Origin: Bacteroidales bacterium
GTDB lineage: Bacteria > Bacteroidota > Bacteroidia > Bacteroidales > PUMT01
NCBI GenBank assembly: GCA_007120695.1
Contig: SKND01000403.1
Location: 1 to 57,588, forward strand
Direction: 5' to 3'
Length of the DNA stretch: 57,588 bases
Of the stretch, positions 38,939-46,859 are shown in pieces. The notes beneath the pieces are model-generated. The model was not told where the DNA came from and ran no database searches. It saw only the letters and a program-made list of their open reading frames with translations. The translations under genes were made by a program, and so were the position numbers. How positions within the stretch are numbered: the stretch's first letter is position 1; the number at the start of each line of letters is the position of its first letter.

Positions 38939-41353
38939 CTAAAACTTGATAGAAACCCCTGAAAAAAAATGCCTGCCTGCTTGAGGGAAATAGCCATCCA
39001 TATATTGTTCTACTCCCTGATAATTATAACGATAAATCCATGCGTTTGTTTCAAATTTTGCATTAAAAATATTCCCGATCATTAAATTAAATGTAAACTC
39101 TCCAAACCACGCGCTGTTCAGAACATAATTAATTCTCAGATCACTGAAAAAATACGGATCAAGCATTCTTTCCCGGCTTGAAGTATTGTCAATGAACTGC
39201 CTGTCAACATATTTACCCGAAAAGTTTACTGACATATTGTCAAGCGGTGTATAGGTAATCTCACCTCCGGCAATCAGCGGGGGAGAAAATGCAAGTTCCG
39301 TACTCCCTAAATCCCTCACAATCTGCAAAGGTTCACTTTCCGGATCATCCCAGTAATCCCAGTTATCTACATACTCGGTAAAATCTTTAATCTTGTTCTC
39401 ACTAACTGAAAGGTTCAATGCCATTTCCAGGCTTTTAGTAAGCCTTGCTCCTGCCAGCAACTCAATACCTGCACGGTAACTATCCGGAACATTTGTCATA
39501 ACGGGAGCGCCAACATCATTTATACGGCCGGTCATAACAAGTTGATCTTTATAGAGCATATAAAACAGATTGGCATTAATTCTGGTGTTTTGCGTTTTCA
39601 GGTTATATCCCGTTTCCAGGTTATTCATCCTTTCCGGTCTCGGGATTTCACCCGGTCTCGCATCCTTGAAATTACTCCTGTTGGGTTCCCTGTGGGCCAC
39701 GGCAAAAGAGAGGTAAACATTTTGCCTGTCGTCAAATTCATAGTAGACACCTGCTTTCGGGTTAAAAAAATGATACTCATGTTCCCTCGAAATATCCCTA
39801 AGGTCATCATCCCCACCGTCGATCTTATAATCTATTAAGCGGTATTGCAAATCACCATATAGATTAATATTGTCAGAAACCCTGAAATCGATCTTCCCGA
39901 AAGTGTTGAAATCCTTTTTCCTTCCCTGGTTAAAATACCATTCGTAGTTTTTTGGAATATGACCGGAATACTCTGCCCAGATAATATGACCATAATGGTC
40001 TCCAATATAATTGTTAAATGCCCCGCCCCATGTCAGGTCAAAATTTCTCCTGTTGTATTTCAGCGAATAGGTCATTCCGTAGAAATCATTATCCAGAATT
40101 TTCCTTCTGATCAGATCGCTCTCTGATATTACCACTCCTCCGATCTCAGCATCATCCAGTCCGTAATTTCTGAACCTGTGACCAGCTTTATACTGTTCGT
40201 AATAGCCATATCCCCTGGTATAATGAAACGCAGTATTAAGATGTAACCCGGACAAGAGATCCCTTGAATAGAAAAGCTGAAAATGATCCTGCTGATAGTT
40301 ATCAATCTCATTATCATAATAAACTGTTTCTCCATCCTGGTTGGTGTAGCTGCCTATCCCATTGTACCTCCGGTCTTTTTCCAGCATATATGACGGAACT
40401 CCGTCCCAGGCCTGGTAAGTAATCTCCTTTCCGGAAAATACATTTATCTTAAGAAGACTTCTTTCATTGTGCATTGCACCGGAAACAAAGAATGATTTCA
40501 GGTCGGCACTTGCCCTGTCAATATATCCGTCAGAATCGATCTTAGATAACCTTGCATCAAAGGTAAAACGGTTGTTGATCAATCCCGAGCCAACTCTTAC
40601 TGTATTCCTTAATGAATTGAATGAACCTGCAGTGGAGCTGATTTCTCCGTAGGGATCAGGATTAAGAGTTGATGTCTGAAGGTTGATACTTGCACCAAAT
40701 GCACCGGCTCCATGGGAAGAGGTACCAACTCCTCTCTGAATCTGAACATTATCCAGTGACGAAGCAAGATCCGGAAGATTTACCCAGAATACTCCATGTG
40801 ATTCAGGATCATTATAAGGTATCCCGTTTATTGTAATATTAATTCGGTTCATATCAGATCCCCGTATCCTGAAGTTTGTATACCCGATACCGGTCCCTGC
40901 GTCTGAGGATGCAACAAATGAAGGTGTAAAACTAATAATATAGGGTATGTCCTGGCCGAAATCCCGGCTTTCAATTTCAGACCGGCTAACATCCATAAAA
41001 GCAACAGGTACTTTGGAATGAGCCCGTGTTGCAGAAACAATAACCTCCTCTGCCATGAAAGAAGATCTCTCAAGTATCACATCAATCCGGGTACTGCCCT
41101 GAACGGATACTTCCTTATATACAGTTTCATAACCCATATGTGATACTCTCAGAACATAATCCCCTTCTCGCAGATTGAGACGAAATTGCCCGTTTGCATT
41201 TGTCGCTGTCCCGGCATAGGAACCTTCAACAACAATGTTTGCACCTATGAGAGGGTCGCCCTCAATGTTTTTTACCGTGCCGTTAATAAAAGTGTTTGCA
41301 AAAGATGATAAACAAATCAATTGCAATACAAGTAATCCAATTACCCGTTTCAT
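38939..41353 (-). CDS. TonB-dependent outer-membrane receptor with an N-terminal carboxypeptidase-regulatory-like domain. It is probably thiamine-related because of its riboswitch.
   Basis: 804 aa with a signal peptide, a CarboxypepD_reg-like N-terminus (GTVKNIEGDPLIGANIVVEG), a plug domain, and a long beta-barrel ending in an aromatic residue (SIKF). Confidence 0.9.
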   Translation of the reverse strand: MKRVIGLLVLQLICLSSFANTFINGTVKNIEGDPLIGANIVVEGSYAGTATNANGQFRLNLREGDYVLRVSHMGYETVYKEVSVQGSTRIDVILERSSFMAEEVIVSATRAHSKVPVAFMDVSRSEIESRDFGQDIPYIISFTPSFVASSDAGTGIGYTNFRIRGSDMNRINITINGIPYNDPESHGVFWVNLPDLASSLDNVQIQRGVGTSSHGAGAFGASINLQTSTLNPDPYGEISSTAGSFNSLRNTVRVGSGLINNRFTFDARLSKIDSDGYIDRASADLKSFFVSGAMHNERSLLKINVFSGKEITYQAWDGVPSYMLEKDRRYNGIGSYTNQDGETVYYDNEIDNYQQDHFQLFYSRDLLSGLHLNTAFHYTRGYGYYEQYKAGHRFRNYGLDDAEIGGVVISESDLIRRKILDNDFYGMTYSLKYNRRNFDLTWGGAFNNYIGDHYGHIIWAEYSGHIPKNYEWYFNQGRKKDFNTFGKIDFRVSDNINLYGDLQYRLIDYKIDGGDDDLRDISREHEYHFFNPKAGVYYEFDDRQNVYLSFAVAHREPNRSNFKDARPGEIPRPERMNNLETGYNLKTQNTRINANLFYMLYKDQLVMTGRINDVGAPVMTNVPDSYRAGIELLAGARLTKSLEMALNLSVSENKIKDFTEYVDNWDYWDDPESEPLQIVRDLGSTELAFSPPLIAGGEITYTPLDNMSVNFSGKYVDRQFIDNTSSRERMLDPYFFSDLRINYVLNSAWFGEFTFNLMIGNIFNAKFETNAWIYRYNYQGVEQYMDGYFPQAGRHFFSGVSIKF

Positions 41354-41384
41354 AATTTAAGTTTTTGGTTAGACTTATAATTGC

Positions 41385-41481
41385 AATGAGGTGATCTGGC
41401 TTCTTTCCCTACACCGGCATTACCCGGATCAGGTTCAAAGGGTATGATCTCAGCCCGAAATATTAAGGCACCCCATTAGTG
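41385..41481 (-). promoter_or_regulatory. TPP (THI-box) riboswitch in the 5' leader of the TonB-dependent receptor
   Basis: The minus strand reads ...CACTAATGGGGTGCCTTAATATTTCGGGCTGAGATCATACCCTTTGAACCTGATCCGGGTAATGCCGGTGTAGGGAAAG... All conserved TPP aptamer blocks are present (GGGGUGC, CUGAGA, ACCC, UUGAACCUGAUC-GG-UAAUGCC-G-GUAGGGAA). The core spans 41400-41474. Confidence 0.9.
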
Positions 41482-41486
41482 TACTG

Positions 41487-41494
41487 CAAAAATA
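41487..41494 (-). promoter_or_regulatory. -7 promoter box TATTTTTG driving the riboswitch and receptor transcript
   Basis: The reverse complement of CAAAAATA at 41487-41494 matches TAnnTTTG. It lies just upstream of the aptamer and just downstream of the trx terminator. Confidence 0.5.
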
Positions 41495-41510
41495 CCATTT
41501 CTTCACGAAT

Positions 41511-41551
41511 AAAAAAACCGGTCACCGACAATTTTGCCGAAACTGACCGGT
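41511..41551 (-). terminator. Rho-independent terminator of the thioredoxin gene
   Basis: On the minus strand the stem ACCGGTCA ... TGACCGGT is followed by TTTTTT. A second, weaker hairpin (GTCCTG/CAGGAC, 41607-41625) lies closer to the stop codon. Confidence 0.7.
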
Positions 41552-41655
41552 TTTATAAAACAAGTAGCTTTAATAACTTAAATCATAACGTATGCCGCTA
41601 ATAAATGTCCTGATAGTAACAGGACTTCTATTCATTTCCAGCTATGACCTGCAGG

Positions 41656-42018
41656 TTATTTTTCTACAGAAAGAACCTCTTTGAATGCTTTTTCAAAAGT
41701 CTCCTTCGGAAGTGCCCCCTGTGCCATCTGCGGCATTCCTTCAAGAGGAACAAAAAGAAGTGAAGGGATACTTTGTATTCCGAAAACACCTGCAAGCTCC
41801 TTCTCCTTTTCGGTATCAACCTTGTAGATATTTATCTTGCCACTATAATCACCGGCAAGCTCTTCAAGTACCGGGGCAACCATCTTGCATGGCTGGCACC
41901 AGTCGGCATAAAAATCAATTATACAGGGTACATCTCCGCTATAGTTCCACTCTTTGTTATTCTCGTAGTCAAAAACCTTCTCTTTAAAGGTTTCAGAAGT
42001 TAAATGCTCAATCATCAT
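41656..42018 (-). CDS. Thioredoxin-family protein with a CQPC active site
   Basis: 120 aa with the motif DFYADWCQPCK in a thioredoxin-length protein. Confidence 0.9.
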   Translation of the reverse strand: MMIEHLTSETFKEKVFDYENNKEWNYSGDVPCIIDFYADWCQPCKMVAPVLEELAGDYSGKINIYKVDTEKEKELAGVFGIQSIPSLLFVPLEGMPQMAQGALPKETFEKAFKEVLSVEK

Positions 42019-42189
42019 ATTAAATTTTTGATAGTTAAAATATTAATAAATATTTATAGATGTAAATTTATAACAATTATAGCAAAGCACAAAAAGCATT
42101 CCAAATGCCAAAAAGAATCCTTGTACAAGTTATAACGTGATTTATTGTAATTTTGTCATATCAATTAACAATATTTGTCATATATATAT

Positions 42190-43605
42190 ATGAAGATGTA
42201 TCTGGATAAATATATTTTCACCCTCATTTCAAAAATTGCTACTGAGACCAGCACCGAATTATACGTTGTAGGAGGTTATGTTCGTGATTTAGTAATGAAC
42301 CGGCCCACCAGTGATATTGATATTGTAGTAGTAGGCGACGGGATCAAATTTGCGCAAAAGCTTGCAGTTGCAATCGGGGAAAATACAAATGTCACCGTTT
42401 TCAGGAATTTCGGAACTGCAATGCTCAGGTATGGTGAATATGAAATTGAATTTGTGGGAGCACGCAAAGAGTCATACAGAAAAGACTCCCGCAAACCGGT
42501 TGTTGAAGATGGCACCCTTCAGGAAGACCAGTTAAGAAGGGATTTTACGATAAATGCACTTGCTGTGGGACTAGGAGTTAAGAACTATGGCAAACTGATC
42601 GATCCCTTCAACGGAGTGCAGGATATAAAAAACAAGATTATCCGTACACCGGGTGATCCTGGTTTAACCTTCTCTGATGACCCCCTGCGCATGATGAGGG
42701 CAATAAGGTTTGCATCACAACTCAGATTTAAAATTGACGCACCAACTCTTGGCTCAATAAGTGAACACAGGCACCGGATTGAGATAGTATCTCAGGAGAG
42801 AATAACTGAAGAGCTCAATAAGATAGTGATGTCAGAAAAACCATCGACCGGATTTGTGCTGATGGACAAGTCAGGGCTGCTTGAAATTATTCTGCCTGAA
42901 ATTCATGCATTGAAAGGGGTTGATATAGTCAATGGTAAAATGCATAAAGACAATTTTCACCATACAATCAAGGTACTTGACAATCTCAGTAAAGAGTCGG
43001 ATGACCTATGGCTAAGGTGGGCTGCACTTTTACATGATGTGGGCAAGCCAAAAACAAAAAAATATACTGCCGGTTCAGGATGGACATTTCACGGACACGA
43101 TTTTCTTGGGGCAAAAATGGTACCCGCAATTTTCAGGAGGCTTAAGCTTCCGTTAAATGATAAAATGAAATATGTTCAGAAAATCGTAAAATTACATCTC
43201 CGGCCCATTTCACTTTCGGGAGATGAGATTACTGATTCGGCTGTAAGACGTTTGCTGTATGAGGCAGGAGATCAGATTGAGGATCTGATGACCTTGTGTG
43301 AAGCTGATATCACATCAAAAAACAGGGATACCGTTAAAAGGCATATGGGCAATTTCAGCCTGGTCCGCAGTAAACTGCAGGAAACAGAAGAGAAAGATGC
43401 TATGCGCAATTTCCAGCCACCAGTAAAGGGGGACGAGATTATGAAAATATTTAACCTCCCTCCCGGCAGGGAAGTCGGTATAATCAAGAAAGCCATAAAA
43501 GAAGCAATTCTTGATGGCCTTATAAGTAATGACAAGGGTGAAGCCCGCCGGTTTATGTTAGAAAAAGCTAAAGAGATGGGAATCGAACCTTTTACCCGGG
43601 AGTAA
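42190..43605 (+). CDS. cca: CCA-adding tRNA nucleotidyltransferase / poly(A) polymerase family protein with an HD domain
   Basis: The head domain has GGYVRD and DIDIVV. RRDFTINA is present. The HD domain has LLHDVGKP. The start is taken at ATG 42190 (MKMYLDKY). Confidence 0.88.
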   Translation: MKMYLDKYIFTLISKIATETSTELYVVGGYVRDLVMNRPTSDIDIVVVGDGIKFAQKLAVAIGENTNVTVFRNFGTAMLRYGEYEIEFVGARKESYRKDSRKPVVEDGTLQEDQLRRDFTINALAVGLGVKNYGKLIDPFNGVQDIKNKIIRTPGDPGLTFSDDPLRMMRAIRFASQLRFKIDAPTLGSISEHRHRIEIVSQERITEELNKIVMSEKPSTGFVLMDKSGLLEIILPEIHALKGVDIVNGKMHKDNFHHTIKVLDNLSKESDDLWLRWAALLHDVGKPKTKKYTAGSGWTFHGHDFLGAKMVPAIFRRLKLPLNDKMKYVQKIVKLHLRPISLSGDEITDSAVRRLLYEAGDQIEDLMTLCEADITSKNRDTVKRHMGNFSLVRSKLQETEEKDAMRNFQPPVKGDEIMKIFNLPPGREVGIIKKAIKEAILDGLISNDKGEARRFMLEKAKEMGIEPFTRE

Positions 43606-44095
43606 CAGTTGGCTGCCATTCCCTTGTTACTTCCAATATTGTTTCAGCAAAAAAAGTCCAATTAACTAAACACCTGACTTTCCATACGGATACATCCTGG
43701 TGTCATGTCAATTATAGTTTGATGTATATATAATATTTTATATCGTGATCGCAAAAACTTCAAAATCCCTGTCAGATCAAACCCTGCAGTACCTCCAGGA
43801 TTATAAGGTCACCGGAAACAAATACTTCATGGCCCAAACTGTTATAAACATAGTTAGCCGAAGGGAGTTCCTTCAACACTTAACTGGCTGAAAAGCGGAT
43901 AATGAAATGTCAGTATTAAACTCAGCAGTATTACTATCTTTAGGAGTAGATTTTTATTATTCATGGTTTAGGTGCTTTGTAATCTATGTGCATAAGATTT
44001 CATTACAGAATACCTTGTATAGAAGTCACGTATTTTCTTTTGATAACAGCCTGATATAATGATGCAGATTCCACAACCAAAGTTGCAGATCATAG

Positions 44096-44923
44096 ATGAA
44101 TGATGGCATTAATTCATGTTCTGATTTTTTGAAATGGGCGTTGCCGGAACTCAAAATGCGGCCGGAAGGATTCAGGAAAGTCCGCAAGCAGGTCTGCAAG
44201 CGTCTGTTAAAGCGCATGAGCGAATTAAACCTGCATGGTTTTGAAAGTTACAGGCGTTTTCTGCAGGATAACCCCACTGAATGGAAAGTGGCAGATGAGA
44301 TGATGCGCATAACAATTTCCAGGTTTTTCAGAGATAGAAAAACCTGGGAGGAAGTGACCGATAATCTGCTGCCGGAGATAGTACGGAAGGCAAACGGTAA
44401 ACATCCTGTAAGATGCTGGTGTGCAGGAATTGCTTCGGGCGAGGAACCCTACACTCTTGCGATTTTGTGGCGGGAAAAAATTCTCCGGCAGTTTCCAAAT
44501 GCCTCATTTGAAATTCTGGCCACCGATTCCGACCCTCATATGCTGGAAAGGGCCCGGATGGCATGTTATAACAAGGGTTCTTTCAAAGAGGCTCCGGCCG
44601 GGCTGGTAGCCAGGGCATTTCACCGCGAAGGACCGTTATGGTGCCTGGATAAGGCTTACAGGGAGATGGTCAGATTTTCCCGTCAGGATATCAGGGAAGA
44701 AATACCGGAGGGCATATTTGATCTGATTTTTTGCAAAAATATTGTTGCCATGTATTTCAATAAAGAGTCAGCCGTCAGCATATTTAAAAGGATTAGTGCC
44801 CGAATGAGGCCGGGAGCATATTTAATACTCGGAAACCATGAGGAGTTTCCGCATGATGAAGTAGGTGAAATCAGAGAATTTAACAGGGGCCTGAATATAT
44901 TCCGGAAAATTGGCAACTCGTGA
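44096..44923 (+). CDS. CheR-type SAM-dependent protein-glutamate O-methyltransferase, with no chemotaxis partner in this window
   Basis: 275 aa with CheR SAM-domain motifs: RCWCAGIASGEEPYTLAILW, ILATDSDPHMLERAR and FDLIFCKNIVAMYF. Confidence 0.85.
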   Translation: MNDGINSCSDFLKWALPELKMRPEGFRKVRKQVCKRLLKRMSELNLHGFESYRRFLQDNPTEWKVADEMMRITISRFFRDRKTWEEVTDNLLPEIVRKANGKHPVRCWCAGIASGEEPYTLAILWREKILRQFPNASFEILATDSDPHMLERARMACYNKGSFKEAPAGLVARAFHREGPLWCLDKAYREMVRFSRQDIREEIPEGIFDLIFCKNIVAMYFNKESAVSIFKRISARMRPGAYLILGNHEEFPHDEVGEIREFNRGLNIFRKIGNS

Positions 44924-44977
44924 GTACTCCCCCGGTCTTTCGTGTATGCCGGTAATAAAAAGCGATATATGTAAGGG

Positions 44978-45089
44978 TGTAATAGCGACTACAGTTACCT
45001 GACCCGTGTTACTTTATGAAACCTTTGAACAGGCTGAGGCTAAAAGAATATGGGACCGGTTTGAATTCGTTTATACGCCCAGGCAATGA
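44978..45089 (+). pseudogene. Short remnant of an IS630-family transposase (internal fragment with frameshift and stop)
   Basis: Frame translation gives PVLLYETFEQAEAKRIWDRFEFVYTPRQ*. It is preceded, in another frame, by CNSDYSYLTRVTL. The pattern (D-N-x-x-x-H)...LYE-F...A-RI--R-EF-YTP(KHGSWLN) is the conserved core of IS630 transposases. The fragment breaks off exactly where KHGSWLN should follow. Confidence 0.5.
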
Positions 45090-45101
45090 CAATAGTCTCT
45101 C

Positions 45102-45418
45102 AAAAACAAAGCCGGGAGCTTTTCCTGACGAAAAAGTTCCCGGCTCACTTTTTGCGGCGAACCGCTAAAGTGTCAAGCTACTGTTATTATGACTGACCTC
45201 TGATGGCATCTCCCGGAGGATTTGCCGCGAAGGTCCGAACCTTGTTACGATCAGCTTTTTACGGCCGAATTTCACGCTGGCTCCCGTTCCTGTTATGCGG
45301 TCTGAAGTTCCTCCCGAAGGATTTTCTCCGTTTGACCTTACTGAAACATATTAACCCGAAGATTTTTTCTGTTCCAGCTTAACATCTCAAAGAACAAGTC
45401 TTTTATCCCTCACTTGAT
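45102..45418 (-). ncRNA. Candidate ~315-nt structured, UUCG-rich small RNA of unknown family
   Basis: It is bracketed by a promoter (45423-45455) and a terminator: a 13-bp stem, 45110-45123 with 45132-45145, followed by TTTGTTTTTG on the minus strand. No ORF exceeds 15 codons. There are seven TTCG tetranucleotides, several closing hairpins (AAUC-UUCG-GGUU, UCC-UUCG-GGA, GCGG-UUCG-CCGC, AAGGU-UCGG-ACCUU). Nested helices are CUGGAACA/UGUUUCAG and CACUUU/AAAGUG. Confidence 0.5.
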
Positions 45419-45422
45419 GAAA

Positions 45423-45455
45423 CAAATATAGTATGAAATACCATTCGGCTCCAAA
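45423..45455 (-). promoter_or_regulatory. Bacteroidota-type promoter (-33 TTTG, 21-nt spacer, -7 TATATTTG) for the candidate sRNA
   Basis: On the minus strand, TTTG lies at 45455-45452 and TATATTTG at 45430-45423. The spacing falls in the 19-21 nt range described for Bacteroides sigma-A promoters. Confidence 0.5.
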
Positions 45456-45702
45456 TTTTTTCGCATCTCTGTATCCACAAGAAAACAACAGGGGTTATCA
45501 ACATTTTGTTAATTCAGCCATATTACTACTGATTAGTAACTTATACTGGAATTAGAGATAAAACCATGTCTGTTATCAACAAAATGCTTTTAAGCTCATA
45601 TAAGGTTATTAACACGCAGCATGACATATTACCCGCCTGGTTGTATTCCACTCCTGAGTTCTCTCCCCTTGCCAAGGCAGGGTAAAAGACCTATTGAAAG
45701 CT

Positions 45703-46785
45703 TCAATACAAAAGATCCAGAACTACAGGGAAATGGTCGCTAAACCCGCCGGTATGCCTGAACCCTTCATAAGTCCGGAATGGTTTATGACCAAACCAGC
45801 TTTCATCAGGCACCATCAGAAACCCGGCTGAAAAAATTTTTACATCTTTGAGAGAAGTTTGTACCCCTGCTGCCCCATTCAGCAGGGTTCCTGAAACTAT
45901 AAACTGGTCAAAGAGGTACCACGTACCCTGGAATTTAAGACTGCCATGACCATTCTCTTTGAGATAGCCCGAAATATTATACAATATTCCCTGTTCGGGA
46001 TTACCATAATCCTGTTCAGCGCCGAGAGATTTGCTCAAACTTATATCATCCGGTTCATCATTAAAATCCCCCATTATAACGATATTCGCACCAGGATATG
46101 CCATAAAGATTGAATCGGTCATAGAACGCAATAATGAAGCTGTATAGATCCGGTGAGGTTCAGTTGCCGCCTGCCCTCCCCACCTGGAAGGCCAGTGATT
46201 AACAAAAACGTGCAGGGTGTCACCCGGAGGACAAACCCCTTTAAGGTAAACAATATCCCTTGTGCCATTAGTCGTGTCAAACGGGAAATTTATTTCAATG
46301 AATTTGGTGTCGAGAAGCATGAAATCGACTGAACGATAAAGTACAGCAACATCAATACCCCGCCGGTCTGCCGAATTTCTATGTATAATACTGTATTCAG
46401 ACTTTTTAAGCCCTGTTTCATAAGCAAGCATCTCAAGTACATGCCTGTTCTCAACCTCACACAAACCGATAATAGCAGGAGTTTCCCATTCACCTGCAGC
46501 AACAATTGCCTTATAAAGATTATTCACCTTTTTTTTAAGCCGGTACCAGTTCCAGCGCCTGTCTCCATCAGGTGTAAAGGCATCATCATCCTTATCAGGG
46601 TTATTTTCAGTATCAAAAAGATTCTCTACATTATAAAAAACAATACGAAAAACAGATTCTGAAGACCCGGAGAAACCAAACAGATTTGTTTCTGTGGTAA
46701 AAAGGGTAAAAACCAATATCAGAAATAAAGAGATGCGCCTTACCATAACTGAAATTGATATTTTTTTTACTGTCGTCATCTGCAT
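45703..46785 (-). CDS. Endonuclease/exonuclease/phosphatase (EEP) family protein, secreted
   Basis: 360 aa with a signal or anchor segment, the N-terminal motif FRIVFYNVENLFD, and C-terminal motifs GDFND and SDHFPV. Confidence 0.85.
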   Translation of the reverse strand: MQMTTVKKISISVMVRRISLFLILVFTLFTTETNLFGFSGSSESVFRIVFYNVENLFDTENNPDKDDDAFTPDGDRRWNWYRLKKKVNNLYKAIVAAGEWETPAIIGLCEVENRHVLEMLAYETGLKKSEYSIIHRNSADRRGIDVAVLYRSVDFMLLDTKFIEINFPFDTTNGTRDIVYLKGVCPPGDTLHVFVNHWPSRWGGQAATEPHRIYTASLLRSMTDSIFMAYPGANIVIMGDFNDEPDDISLSKSLGAEQDYGNPEQGILYNISGYLKENGHGSLKFQGTWYLFDQFIVSGTLLNGAAGVQTSLKDVKIFSAGFLMVPDESWFGHKPFRTYEGFRHTGGFSDHFPVVLDLLY

Positions 46786-46859
46786 AAACTACAGTTATCC
46801 GATTATAGTACAATGTGTAATAATTAATAAAGCGGACATCTTCCTGTGACGCCATGAAG

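Noticed and set aside
43889-43891. The in-frame TGA in the Tat-like stub read as selenocysteine or programmed read-through.
   Set aside because: There is no SECIS-like hairpin immediately downstream. The continuation frame decays into non-protein-like sequence. Pseudogene decay is the simpler explanation.
45102-45418. I asked whether the structured RNA candidate is RNase P RNA, tmRNA, SRP RNA, 6S RNA or a riboswitch.
   Set aside because: It has no GGAAAGUCCGG (P4) or matching 3' P4 strand. It has no GGGG 5' end, tRNA-like 3' end or tag ORF. It lacks the GGUCCGGAAGGAAGCAGC-type SRP motif. Its 5' and 3' ends do not pair as they do in 6S RNA. No riboswitch core is present, and no downstream gene lies on that strand.
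45108-45700. I considered a class C group II intron inserted after the terminator hairpin on the + strand.
   Set aside because: The sequence after the T-tract starts GCGGCG, not GUGYG. No domain V-like 34-nt hairpin with an AGC triad and GNRA loop is visible. The available length is short and there is no RT ORF.
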